From assembly GCA_043810615.1 (NCBI GenBank), contig JBDROA010000007.1:1390-65389 (forward strand): 64,000 bases of DNA. Reading direction: 5' to 3'. Positions 18,669-28,094 of this stretch are shown here, piece by piece. A model generated the notes under the pieces. It did not search any database and had not been told where the DNA came from. It saw only the letters and a list, made by a program, of their open reading frames with translations. Origin of the DNA: Actinomycetota bacterium. GTDB lineage: Bacteria; Actinomycetota; Acidimicrobiia; Spongiisociales; UBA11373. Within the stretch, counting starts at the first letter, position 1. Every line of letters starts with the position of its first letter. The position numbers and the translations under genes are program-made.

Positions 18669-20074
18669 ACCACCACCTCCCCTCGAGCGTCTGCCGCCTG
18701 GATGATCTCGGCGGTCTCCGGCAGATTGCCCCCGTAGCGGCGCACGTTGCCGATCGGCGGATGGTCATCGATCCCGGCGTAGCTGAGAGCCAACCGAAGC
18801 TCGTCCTCCAATTGCCCGTCGCTGGCTTCCACGACCACGAGGCGTTGGACGCCTGGCAGGATTCCCCGCAGAGCTTCGATCGGGAACGGCCACAGCGTGA
18901 TTGGGCGGAAGAGCCCGGCCCGAACCCCCCGCTCCCGCAGGACCTGAACGACCCCCTTCACCGTCCGAGAGGGGGTATTCGAGGCGACGTACACCACCTC
19001 GGCGTCGCTGCAGCGAAAGAGGTCCGCCCGCTGCTCGTTTGCGGTCATCCGCCGGTACTTCTCGATCAGCCTCACGTTGAAGGCCTCCTGATCGTCCTCT
19101 TCCAGGCGGATCGAGCTATGCAGGTTCCGTCGATGCATGGCGTCCCCGTACACCGCCCAGGCCGGCAAACCGGGCCTCACCATGTACTCCGGCAGTCGCA
19201 CCTTTCCGCTCACCTGGCCCAGGTAGCCGTCGCCCAGGATGACCACAGGATTCCGGTAGGTGAAGCTCAACTCGAATGCCAGCATCGTCAAGTCCAGCAT
19301 CTCCTGGGGATCTGCCGGCGCCAGCACGATCGCATGCGTATTCCCATGGCCCAGGCCCCGGCACGCCAGCTTGATGTCGTCTTGTGACGGCGCGATGTTC
19401 CCCAATCCCGGACCGGCCCGCATGATGTCGACGAACACCCCCGGCAGCTCGGAGCCGATCATGTACGAGATCCCCTCCACCATCAGGCTGAAGCCGGGTG
19501 ACGAGGTGAACGTCATGCACGCCAAACCCGCACCACCGCATCCATACATGTGGTTGACCGCCGCCACCTCGCTCACCGCCTGCACGAACACCCCATCGAG
19601 GTGCGGCAGGATCTTCGCCATCAACTCGGCGCCCTCGGTCGACGGTGTGATCGGATACCCGAAGAAGTGCCGGCACCCCGCCAACAAGGCCCCGACCGCC
19701 GCCCCGTAAGCCCCCTTGAGCAGCAGCGGTTCCCGTGGGGGCAGTTGGATGCGCTCTCCTGGAATGTCCTTCGGGACCGGGGCCGGAAGTGGCTGCTCGC
19801 CGGGCTCGACTGCGTCTGCGGTCTCCCACCAGAAGTGACGATCGTCACCGTGGAGGGCATAGGGCTCCGGACAGGCCGAAAAACACAATCCGCAGGCGTT
19901 GCAGTCCTGCAGGTCGATGACCACGGGAAGCAATCCGCTCTCGGCGTTCACCGCCGGCGCGAGTGTGATGCAGCCACGGGCGCAGGCCGGCATGCAGCGG
20001 CCGCAGCCCTTGCAGTACTCCGCCGTGAGATGCGGCATCGGCCGCTGCCGGCGGCTCCTACCCTCGCCGCTCAT
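18665..20074 (-). CDS. 2-oxoacid:ferredoxin oxidoreductase, fused delta (2x[4Fe-4S] ferredoxin) and alpha subunit
   Basis: The N-terminus has two Cys clusters (CKGCGRCMPACARGC; CNACGLCFSACPEP). It is followed by an alpha-subunit domain (...AYGAAVGALLAGCRHFFGYPITPSTE...). The stop overlaps the start of the beta-gamma gene. An alternative start lies at ATG 20038. Confidence 0.9.
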   Translation of the reverse strand: MSGEGRSRRQRPMPHLTAEYCKGCGRCMPACARGCITLAPAVNAESGLLPVVIDLQDCNACGLCFSACPEPYALHGDDRHFWWETADAVEPGEQPLPAPVPKDIPGERIQLPPREPLLLKGAYGAAVGALLAGCRHFFGYPITPSTEGAELMAKILPHLDGVFVQAVSEVAAVNHMYGCGGAGLACMTFTSSPGFSLMVEGISYMIGSELPGVFVDIMRAGPGLGNIAPSQDDIKLACRGLGHGNTHAIVLAPADPQEMLDLTMLAFELSFTYRNPVVILGDGYLGQVSGKVRLPEYMVRPGLPAWAVYGDAMHRRNLHSSIRLEEDDQEAFNVRLIEKYRRMTANEQRADLFRCSDAEVVYVASNTPSRTVKGVVQVLRERGVRAGLFRPITLWPFPIEALRGILPGVQRLVVVEASDGQLEDELRLALSYAGIDDHPPIGNVRRYGGNLPETAEIIQAADARGEVVV

Positions 20075-20345
20075 GTCGTGTACCCGAACCCGGGCCCTGG
20101 TCCCCGCACCATGCCAACCCGCCTCCTAGACCGGACTCCCCCATGGGGCCCATGTCCGCCACCAGTCTGCTTGAACCGAGCCAAGCCCCCGGGAAGGATA
20201 GCCCCCGGCCTCCTCGAACTGCCCCTGATGGATCCGGGTTGGGCCACCACGGCGCCCTCGCCGCCCGCCCGCGGATACGGAGTTCGATCATCTGGTCCGA
20301 AACCATGGAAGCCGAGGGGCCGCTCCCGGGCAGGGCCGAAGGTCC

Positions 20346-21188
20346 TCAGCCCAGGTCGGCGGCATCCCGCCAGGCCTCCCGCCAGCGCACCTTGCCGCCT
20401 CGCATAAGCGCTCCGGCGTAGAGGCGGCCGGCGAGGCGGATCACGGCGTAGGCTGCGGTCAGCAGCAGTGCCGCCGACAGGCACACCTCCCACGCCGCAG
20501 CCCGCCCGAACACGATGCGCAGCGGCATCGTGAGTGGGGCGGTGGGCGGCAGCAACGAGAGCACCTGGAGGAACCGACCGCCTCCGCCTCTCGCGGTGAG
20601 GCCACCGATATAGCCCACCATCAGGAGCAGGTTGATCGGGATGGCGCCGTTGGCGGCGTTCTCGTGGGGTGCCACCATGGCGCCGGCCGCCCCGTACAAG
20701 GTGGCATAGAAGGCGAAGCCGAGCAAGAACCAGCCCAGGACCGCCAGGAGCGCCCCCGGCGTGGCCCGGGGCAGCACGAATGCGTCCAGGGCTACGCCGG
20801 AAGCCGCCACCGCCCCACACACCAGCATCACTTCGACCAAGCCGACGAGGCCGATCGCCGCCGCCTTGCCCACGAGCAGATGGCGGGGCGCCACCGTGCC
20901 CAACACCACCTCGACCACCCGGCTGCGCTTCTCCTCGGCCGCCCCCTCGGTGATCACCTGCCCGGTGAAGACCAGTGCCATGAAGAGAACCATCACTCCC
21001 AGGCCGGCCAGCAACCTATCGGCCTCGTCGCCGCGCAACCCGGCGGGCCTTCCTTCCGTCACCAGGGCGGCGACGGCGATTCCTCCGACGGCCAGCGCGA
21101 CGGTGATGCCGGTGACGATCAGGGCGGCCTTGCGCCGCGCCGCCAGGTCGCGGCCCATAACCAGGGCGATGGTGCGCCACCGGCTCAT
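20346..21188 (-). CDS. ABC-2 type transporter permease
   Basis: Internal ATG 21188 overlaps the ATPase TGA (ATGA). MSRWRTIALVMGRDLAARRKAALIVTGITVALAV...; 280-aa six-TM protein. The ORF-track extension to 22019 is junk overlapping the ATPase gene. Confidence 0.8.
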   Translation of the reverse strand: MSRWRTIALVMGRDLAARRKAALIVTGITVALAVGGIAVAALVTEGRPAGLRGDEADRLLAGLGVMVLFMALVFTGQVITEGAAEEKRSRVVEVVLGTVAPRHLLVGKAAAIGLVGLVEVMLVCGAVAASGVALDAFVLPRATPGALLAVLGWFLLGFAFYATLYGAAGAMVAPHENAANGAIPINLLLMVGYIGGLTARGGGGRFLQVLSLLPPTAPLTMPLRIVFGRAAAWEVCLSAALLLTAAYAVIRLAGRLYAGALMRGGKVRWREAWRDAADLG

Positions 21189-22123
21189 CTCGCCACCGCC
21201 TCCATGAAGACCTCCGAGAGGTCGGGAGGAGTCAGCGAGAACTCCTGCACCTCTCCCGCCACCCGGGCCCGGGCCACCAGTTCGCCCAGGTCGTAGGGGC
21301 CGTCGAGACGCAGCCGGACCCGATCCCCTTTGCGGCTCACCACCGCGGCCCCGGGCACGCCATCGGCCCAGACGGTGCCGGCCCCCCGCACCACCGCCTC
21401 CAGGTACCGACGCGGCGACGCGTTGCGCAGCTCCTCGACGCGCCCGGAGAGCACCACCCGGCCCCGGTCGACGATGACCACGTCCTCGCAGAGGTGCTCG
21501 ACCACGTCCAGCTGATGGCTGGAGAACAGCACCGCCGCCCCGGCTCGGGCTCGCTCGGCGAGTACCCCGGCCAGCCGCGCCGCGGCCACCGGGTCGAGCC
21601 CGGAGAAGGGCTCGTCGAGAACCAGCAGCTCGGGGTCGTGCACCAGCGCCACCGCCAGCTGCACTCGCTGCTGGTTGCCGTGCGACAGGTCCTGAACCCG
21701 GTCCAGGAGCCGGTCGCCGAGGTCGAGAGAGGTCAACAGGTGCCGGGAAGCGGCCAGGGCGGGGTCCCGGGCCAGGCCGTGGAGCCGCCCGAAGTAGGCC
21801 ACCTGGTCGATCACCCGCATGCGCGGGTACAGCCCCCGCTCCTCGGGCATGTAGCCGAACCTGAGGCGCGCCGCCCGGTCGATGGACGCCCCGCCCCAGG
21901 TGACCGCTCCCCGGTCCAAGCCCACCAACCCGAAGACGGCGCGCATTGCGGTGGTCTTCCCCGCCCCGTTGGGGCCGAGGAAGCCCAGCACCCGTCCCGG
22001 GGCTACCTCGAAGGAGCAACCGTCGAGGGCCACGACGTTCCCGAAGCGCTTGGCCAGGCCATCGAGGCGCAGCATGCCGCTATGAAACCCCGGGCCGGCG
22101 CACCGCGGCAGGGCCAAAGGCAC
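21185..22123 (-). CDS. ABC transporter ATP-binding protein
   Basis: GFLGPNGAGKTT, LSHGNQQRV, LLVLDEPFSGLDP. GTG 22123 has an AGGTGG RBS; an alternative ATG lies at 22075. Confidence 0.9.
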   Translation of the reverse strand: MPLALPRCAGPGFHSGMLRLDGLAKRFGNVVALDGCSFEVAPGRVLGFLGPNGAGKTTAMRAVFGLVGLDRGAVTWGGASIDRAARLRFGYMPEERGLYPRMRVIDQVAYFGRLHGLARDPALAASRHLLTSLDLGDRLLDRVQDLSHGNQQRVQLAVALVHDPELLVLDEPFSGLDPVAAARLAGVLAERARAGAAVLFSSHQLDVVEHLCEDVVIVDRGRVVLSGRVEELRNASPRRYLEAVVRGAGTVWADGVPGAAVVSRKGDRVRLRLDGPYDLGELVARARVAGEVQEFSLTPPDLSEVFMEAVAR

Positions 22124-22144
22124 CTAACGGCCACCTGACGCCGT

Positions 22145-23419
22145 TCATCCCTCCACGGAGGCCAGGAAGCCGGACAGGACCGCCTCGTACCGCTCCGGAT
22201 CCACGTTCCAGGCCCGTACGTGCCCGGCACCGTCGAAGCGCACCAGGGTGACCAGGCCGGGCGCCGCCGCCGCGGCGAACTCCTCCGATACTGCGAAAGG
22301 CACGGTGTCATCCTCGGTGCCGTGGATGACGAGCAGCGGAGTGGCGAGCTCCCCGGCCCGCGCCACGTAGTCCACCTCTCCCCAGTCCACCCCGAAGCGC
22401 CACGAGGCGATCTGCTTGGCCGCGGCCGTCAGCACGATGGGCACCTTGGCCGGGACCAGAGGCAGGCTGGTGTCCCCAGCCCGGGCATCGACCATATCCC
22501 CCAACTCCAGGGCCGGAGCCTCGAGCACCGTCGCCTCGACCTCGGCGGCCAGGTCGGAGCGCAGCAGGAAGGAGACCACGATGGCGCCGCCCATGCTGTA
22601 GCCGACCAGGACGACGTCCTCGGCCCCGTGGTCGAGGGCGTAGCGCACCGCCCCCTGGAGGTCTTCCCATTCCGTGGCCCCGAACCGGGCCAGCCTCCCT
22701 TCCACTTCCGGGGCGCCCGCGTCGTTGCGGTAGGTGATGAGCAACGAGGGAAAGCCGGCGGCAGCGAACGTAGGAAGGGCCCGCAGCGCCTCGCCGGGGT
22801 TGGCCCCCCGCCCGTGGACGAACACCGCCCACGTGGAGCGCTCCCCCGGCACGAACCAGGCTTCGGCCGCTCCGAGCCCCGAGGCGTAGGTGACCACTTC
22901 CCAGTCGATACCCACCACCCCCGGGTCGTTGGGGAAGGCGAACGAGTCGAGCGCCACCAGATCGCCCACCTCGGGCGTCCCGGTCAGAGCGGTGAACTCG
23001 CGGGTGATCGATCCCTCGGCGCGGGACAGCACGGCGTGCACCTGTCCGTAGCCGTCATCCCACACCACGCCGAGCAGCTCGCCGTCGGTCAGCTCCTCCG
23101 GCTCGTCCTCGGGAAGCGCCAGGGTGAGCCTCCCGGCTCCGGCCCCCAGCACCTCGTAGCGGTAGTCGGGAGCCGAAGGCCGGTCCACGAGCAGGGCATC
23201 GCTGCGGATCTGCGAGGCGAAGTACCAGCCGCCGCCGGCGAAGAACACCAGAACCAGCAGGAGCACTGCCCCCATCGTCCAGTAGGGCCACCGCCGGCGG
23301 CGCCGACCGACCGCCCGCACCCCGTCGGCCGCCTTCCGGGCGAGCGCCCGCTCTGCCGCCCTGCGGGCCAACGACATCGCCGCCCTCCTCCCCTGGCCTA
23401 CTCCATCCAGCGTACCCAT
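22145..23419 (-). CDS. membrane-anchored alpha/beta-fold hydrolase
   Basis: N-terminal TM (WPYWTMGAVLLLVLVFFAGGGWYF). GYSMGG nucleophile elbow. C-terminal ...HGTEDDTVPF... Confidence 0.8.
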   Translation of the reverse strand: MGTLDGVGQGRRAAMSLARRAAERALARKAADGVRAVGRRRRRWPYWTMGAVLLLVLVFFAGGGWYFASQIRSDALLVDRPSAPDYRYEVLGAGAGRLTLALPEDEPEELTDGELLGVVWDDGYGQVHAVLSRAEGSITREFTALTGTPEVGDLVALDSFAFPNDPGVVGIDWEVVTYASGLGAAEAWFVPGERSTWAVFVHGRGANPGEALRALPTFAAAGFPSLLITYRNDAGAPEVEGRLARFGATEWEDLQGAVRYALDHGAEDVVLVGYSMGGAIVVSFLLRSDLAAEVEATVLEAPALELGDMVDARAGDTSLPLVPAKVPIVLTAAAKQIASWRFGVDWGEVDYVARAGELATPLLVIHGTEDDTVPFAVSEEFAAAAAPGLVTLVRFDGAGHVRAWNVDPERYEAVLSGFLASVEG

Positions 23420-23476
23420 CCGGGGCCGGGCGTGGGCCGTCCGGGACCGGCGCGGCGCAGTGGCCGCCGGCGTCGC

Positions 23477-25102
23477 TCAGCCCGACCCGGGACAGTCGGG
23501 CTCCCCCCCGGCGAGGCGGCCGAGACCCGGCACCTGCCAGGCCGAGGCAGTCCCGGTGATGATCCGCCCCACCGTCAGCCACACCCCGGAGCCCTCGAGG
23601 TCTTCGCCGCGCACCCACCGCCGGATCATCTCTTGCACGTCCGGCCGGCCACGCAAGCCCCCGTGGAAGCCGGGCACCACGATTGCCTCGATGCCGTACT
23701 CCCCGCCGGCAGGAGCGGTGACCGCGTCGGCGAGGGGCACCACGGCCACCTCCTCGATGGCCGGGTGGTCGCACGCCGCCTCGCCCCGCAACTCGGGTGC
23801 TTCGCGGCGCACCGAATCGGCCAGAGGGCCGTCGGCGGATATCACGAAGGGTGCCATGGCGTCGATGACGGCGGTGAAGGCGCGCAGTTCGTACCCGGCC
23901 ACCACCCCCAGGCCCTCGTCGCCGGGGTCGGGGTAGGTGGCCCGCCCCGGGTCGACGATGGGACTGAGCAGCATGAGCCGGTCCACCGACACGGCAGCGT
24001 GCCCCCCCAGGTAGGCGGCGACCACCAGGGTGCCCTCGCTCTCGGCCACAACGGCCACCGGCCCTCCACTGCGGCGCGCCAGGCCTTCTACTTGAACCGC
24101 CATGAGCCGGGCCATCCGGGAAAGGTCGGCGTCGGTGGCGCTGCCCGGGTGCGGCAGCGGGTCGCCCTCCGCGGTGAGCCCCCAGTAGGAGAACTGCTCC
24201 ACGAACAGCCCCGCTTCCTCCCCCTGGAGGAGAGGGCCCTCGTCGCAGCAGCCGCTGGCGAACCCCCCCACCAGGAGGACGGCCCGGTCCCCCGGCTCCG
24301 GGTCACCGGCCGCCCAGACCCCGGGGTCCTGGAAACTGCGCGCCGCAAACCCGATCTGCGACCCGATCATCACCCCGGCGAAGATGAGAGCGGCCGTGAC
24401 CAGCGTCACCGGGGCCAGGCGGCGCGGCCGCGAGGGCAGTCCGGTCACGATGACCCGGACGCAATGGTCCCATGCCCAGGCATTGAAGAGACCGGTGGCC
24501 GCGAGCACCACAACCATCACCGGGGCCGGCTGCCCGGCCACCCCCAGGGCGCTCAGGCTCAGCACCAGGAAGGACAGGGCGATCCAGGCGGCAGAACGGG
24601 CCGGGGGCAGGCGGCGCCACCATCCACCGTCCACCCCGCCGTGATGGAGCACAAGGATCGTGGCCAGGGCCGGCGGCACAGCGGCGAAGTACAGCCAGGA
24701 GAGCGGGATCACCGCCGCCCCGAACAGGAGGGTCACCCAAGGGGAGAGGAACACCGCGGCCACAACGGTGATCACCGCGGCATGACGCAGGAGGACGCCG
24801 AAGGGCGGGGGGCGCCCCGGCCAGGCGCTGCGCACCAGCAGGGCCCCGAGCAGCGAGCGCAGCGCCACCAGCGCCGCCGCGCCCAGCCCGAACGCCAGGA
24901 CGGAGTCGTGGAACACGAAGAGCCAGCGCAGGTCGTGGAAGACGCCAAAGGGCCCGGGGGCGGTCACCTGACCGGCCAGACCCATACCCGAGGTGATACC
25001 GCACGCGGTGAGCACCGCCATCTCCGCTAGAGGCAGGCCGACGGCCAGCGCCGTCAGGAGCCGCCGCTCCCGGAACCAGGCGAACGCGCCGTTTGGCGGC
25101 AT
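23477..25102 (-). CDS. polytopic membrane protein with a C-terminal alpha/beta-hydrolase-like domain
   Basis: About 280 aa of TM helices, then a soluble domain containing ...VLLVGGFASGCCDEGP... and an AESEG (GxSxG-like) elbow. Confidence 0.6.
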   Translation of the reverse strand: MPPNGAFAWFRERRLLTALAVGLPLAEMAVLTACGITSGMGLAGQVTAPGPFGVFHDLRWLFVFHDSVLAFGLGAAALVALRSLLGALLVRSAWPGRPPPFGVLLRHAAVITVVAAVFLSPWVTLLFGAAVIPLSWLYFAAVPPALATILVLHHGGVDGGWWRRLPPARSAAWIALSFLVLSLSALGVAGQPAPVMVVVLAATGLFNAWAWDHCVRVIVTGLPSRPRRLAPVTLVTAALIFAGVMIGSQIGFAARSFQDPGVWAAGDPEPGDRAVLLVGGFASGCCDEGPLLQGEEAGLFVEQFSYWGLTAEGDPLPHPGSATDADLSRMARLMAVQVEGLARRSGGPVAVVAESEGTLVVAAYLGGHAAVSVDRLMLLSPIVDPGRATYPDPGDEGLGVVAGYELRAFTAVIDAMAPFVISADGPLADSVRREAPELRGEAACDHPAIEEVAVVPLADAVTAPAGGEYGIEAIVVPGFHGGLRGRPDVQEMIRRWVRGEDLEGSGVWLTVGRIITGTASAWQVPGLGRLAGGEPDCPGSG

Positions 25103-25232
25103 TGGGTTCGTCCTTCAGCCGGGCCCGGACAAGGCGACGCCGGGCCGCCTTCACCTCAATTGTGGCAGAGACCTGCCGGGGAGGGGACGGTTTCTCCCTG
25201 GCCCTCCCGGTAGGCTCGCCGGGGAGGTGCCC

Positions 25233-25856
25233 GTGCCCCGCTTCCCCGCCCTCGTCGCCGCCGTCACCGAGCGTTACCGCCGTCTGGCCACTCTGTGGGT
25301 GCTGGTGCCCGCCCTCATGGCGATGGTCGCCTTCCTGGTGCTCTTCCAGGTGGCCGGCCGCATGGTCGCCGCAGGGGGCGCCACCGGCCTTGAACTGCAG
25401 AGGGCCTTCACCCCGGAGCGCTTCGGCGCGGTGGTCGGCGCTTGGGGGGACGGCGTCGAGGCCTTCAAGACCAGTCTGATCCTGCTCGACTTCGCCTTCC
25501 CCTTGATCTACGCCGCCGGCCTGGGCAGCCTGGTCGCCCTGGTCGGGGGGCCCGGGCCGGGCCGGGCGGCCCGGTGGCTCTTCGTCCTCCCCTGGGTGGC
25601 GGCCGGCCTCGACTGGATCGAGAATCTGCTTCACCTGTGGCTGCTCACCGACGTCCATACCGCCGCCGACGCCCTCTCAGCCGCCTTCCCGGCGCCGGTA
25701 GTACTGGCGGCTTCCCTGGCGGCGATGCTGAAGTTCGCTCTCCTCCTGGCGGCGGCGGCCGGAGCGGTGGTCCTCGCGCTCCGGCGCCGTTACTGGTGGG
25801 GGGCGGCGGCGGGAGCGGCGCTCTTCGCCTCTTTCACTTCGGTGCTGTGGGCCTGA
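25233..25856 (+). CDS. hypothetical integral membrane protein
   Basis: GTG 25233 with GGGGAGG upstream. ...LATLWVLVPALMAMVAFLVLFQVAG... with four or five TM segments. The ORF-track 5' extension from 24993 is Arg-rich junk. Confidence 0.5.
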   Translation: MPRFPALVAAVTERYRRLATLWVLVPALMAMVAFLVLFQVAGRMVAAGGATGLELQRAFTPERFGAVVGAWGDGVEAFKTSLILLDFAFPLIYAAGLGSLVALVGGPGPGRAARWLFVLPWVAAGLDWIENLLHLWLLTDVHTAADALSAAFPAPVVLAASLAAMLKFALLLAAAAGAVVLALRRRYWWGAAAGAALFASFTSVLWA

Positions 25857-25860
25857 TCAT

Positions 25861-25880
25861 CACGGTTCGGCTCGACCGTG
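25861..25880. terminator. hairpin between convergent genes (CACGGT-tcggctcg-ACCGTG)
   Basis: 6-bp stem read directly. No U-tract, as is usual in high-GC genomes. Confidence 0.3.
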
Positions 25881-25920
25881 AGCCGTAACGCGGTTCCGAG
25901 TCGGACTTCCCGGGCCCCGG

Positions 25921-27156
25921 CTACTCGTAGCCTTCGCAGCCGTCGTCGCCCGCCCCGATGAGCGACACCAGGTCGTCCTCGCCCTCGGTGGTGATGCCGA
26001 AGAGCATCCCGCCGCCGAGTGTCAGGCCGGAGTTGCCGTCGGTGAAGTTGGGCTGGCCGTAAGCCTCGGCATACTCGGCCACGGTGCGACCGATGCTGAT
26101 GCCGGCCGCCGTCGACAGGTCCATCGCCCCGGCATCGACCGCCTGCGGGTCGAGGGAGACGTAGGCGAACTCGACGAAGGCCTGCGACCCGGTATCCACA
26201 TCGCTGAAGTGCGCGTACAGCACCGCCGGGTGCTCCGTCCCGCTCTCCGCCTGCTGGATGATCCAGGTGAGGTGCCGGTTGCTCCCGGTGCAGGTACGCT
26301 CGCCGACGTCTCCCGTGGCCCAGCCGCTATCCGCCGACGGTTCGCCGAGGATGCCCTGCAGGCGGCCGATCACCCGCTCGGCGTCGTCGCCGAAGGTGAG
26401 GATGCCGAACCCGTCCCCGGCCAGGCGCATCCGCCCGAAGTCGATGTTGAGGTAGCGCGGCCGGGCCACGCCCAAGTCGAGGGCGAACGACACCGCCTCG
26501 GCGGCCGTCACCCGGAGCCGGTACTCGGACCCGGTGGGCAGCTTCCCCGACCACCCGCCGCCCAGGGAGATCTGCTCCACCCGGGTTCCGTCGGCGCGCT
26601 CCAGGCCTACCTGCACCGCACCCTCGTCCACCACGATGGTGAGCACCCGCCCCTCGACGCCCTCCAACTCGAAGATGTCGTCGTCCCCGGGAGCGGCATT
26701 ACCCGCCACCCGGGCAGTCCCCTGCCTGTCCAAGAAGGCCACCACACGCGGCTCGGCGCAGTCCCGAGCCAGCTCGGCAAAGGTGGCCTCGTCGGGATCC
26801 CCGCTGGGCATGCGGCGCAACTCGGCCTGGTACCAGGCCACCGCGTCGGCCGTCATCGGCCCGAACTGGCCGTCCACGATGATCGTGGGACCGTCGGCGA
26901 CCATCTGGCCGTGGCCGGTGCACACCAGGTAGAACTGGAGAGCCTCGACGTAGGAGCCGGTAGCCCCCTGGCGCAAGAAGGGCTCCTCGTTGGGCTCGAG
27001 TTCGATCCGGGCCGAGGTGGTGGTCGTGGTGAGGGGGATCGTCGTGGCCGGGACGGTCGTGGTGGCCTCGCCGCTCCCGTTGCAGGCGGCAGCCACCAGC
27101 GACACGGCCGCCAGCAGGGCGGCGGCCGGGACAATCCTCTTCCGCCCGGCACTCAT
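25921..27156 (-). CDS. lipoprotein with a peptidoglycan-binding (PGBD-like) domain
   Basis: Signal peptide plus lipobox (LVAAAC), Thr-rich linker, then ...SYVEALQFYLVCTGHGQMVADGPTIIVDGQFGPMTADAVAWYQ... (PG_binding_1-like). Confidence 0.75.
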   Translation of the reverse strand: MSAGRKRIVPAAALLAAVSLVAAACNGSGEATTTVPATTIPLTTTTTSARIELEPNEEPFLRQGATGSYVEALQFYLVCTGHGQMVADGPTIIVDGQFGPMTADAVAWYQAELRRMPSGDPDEATFAELARDCAEPRVVAFLDRQGTARVAGNAAPGDDDIFELEGVEGRVLTIVVDEGAVQVGLERADGTRVEQISLGGGWSGKLPTGSEYRLRVTAAEAVSFALDLGVARPRYLNIDFGRMRLAGDGFGILTFGDDAERVIGRLQGILGEPSADSGWATGDVGERTCTGSNRHLTWIIQQAESGTEHPAVLYAHFSDVDTGSQAFVEFAYVSLDPQAVDAGAMDLSTAAGISIGRTVAEYAEAYGQPNFTDGNSGLTLGGGMLFGITTEGEDDLVSLIGAGDDGCEGYE

Positions 27157-27331
27157 GTCTCCAGGCTATCCGATCGGAAGCGGCCTTGCCGACCCGGCGA
27201 TCCGTCACCGCCGGCGCGCCACCTTTGGATGGGGCCCGAACGAGTCGCGCGTCCGCTCGCCCTGCCGCGGACCGCCGGCCCCAGCGTGATCCCGGAGCGC
27301 GCCGGGTCACCCCCTCTTACACTCCCCCGCG

Positions 27332-28087
27332 GTGAGCAGTTGGGCGCGGCGCTTCATCTACTACCCGGACGACCGGGTGCCTCCCTTCGATCCTCCCGGG
27401 GGTCTGGGGAAAGGCGTCACGGTGCACCCCGCCGACGGTCCCGGCCTGGCGGCCTGGCACCTGCCGGGGGGCGGAGACACCGCCGCCGTGCTGTGCAACG
27501 GCAACGCCGGCAACAGGGCCGACCGCCTCCCGCTGTCGGCCGGCCTGCAGCGCCGCGGCCTCGGGGTGCTCTCCCTGGATTACCGCGGCTACGGCGGCAA
27601 CCCGGGCGAACCGCAGGAGGCGGGCCTGATCGCCGACGCCGACGCCGCCGCCTCCTACCTGGCCGAATCCCCGGGGGTGGCCCACCTGGTCTACTTCGGG
27701 GAGTCGCTGGGGGCGGCGGTGCTCGTCGGCCTGGCCGAGCACCGCCCTCCTGCCGCCCTGGTGTTGCGCTCCCCCTTCACCTCGCTGCTCGACGTCGCCC
27801 GGGCGCACCTGCCCCTGGTCCCCTCGGGGATCATCGACGACCGCTGGGCCTCCCTGGAGCGCATCCGGGGCATCGAGGTTCCCCTCCTCGTCTTGGCCGG
27901 CACCGCCGATCGGGTGGTCCCCTACTCCCACAGCGTCCGACTGTTCGAGGCCGCACCTGGGCCCAAGCGTCTGGTGACCTTCGAGGGCGCCGACCACAAC
28001 GACCCGGCCCTCACCTTCGGGGCCCGACTCCTCGACGAGACCGTGCGCTTCCTCGCCGATGTGATCGGCTTCGCGGGAGTGGCCTGA
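27332..28087 (+). CDS. alpha/beta-fold hydrolase
   Basis: GTG start. ...AAVLCNGNAGN...YFGESLGAAV (GxSxG)...LAGTADRVVPYSH... Confidence 0.85.
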   Translation: MSSWARRFIYYPDDRVPPFDPPGGLGKGVTVHPADGPGLAAWHLPGGGDTAAVLCNGNAGNRADRLPLSAGLQRRGLGVLSLDYRGYGGNPGEPQEAGLIADADAAASYLAESPGVAHLVYFGESLGAAVLVGLAEHRPPAALVLRSPFTSLLDVARAHLPLVPSGIIDDRWASLERIRGIEVPLLVLAGTADRVVPYSHSVRLFEAAPGPKRLVTFEGADHNDPALTFGARLLDETVRFLADVIGFAGVA

Positions 28088-28094
28088 TCCCCTC

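Noticed and set aside
22220-25030. 936-aa plus-strand ORF, and similar giants (26209..28122, 37855..41649, 52949..55579, 5626..7026, 7184..8716 minus, 51882..54290 minus)
   Set aside because: Compositionally junk (R/G/P/H/Q runs) with no motifs. They overlap multiple well-supported genes on the other strand.
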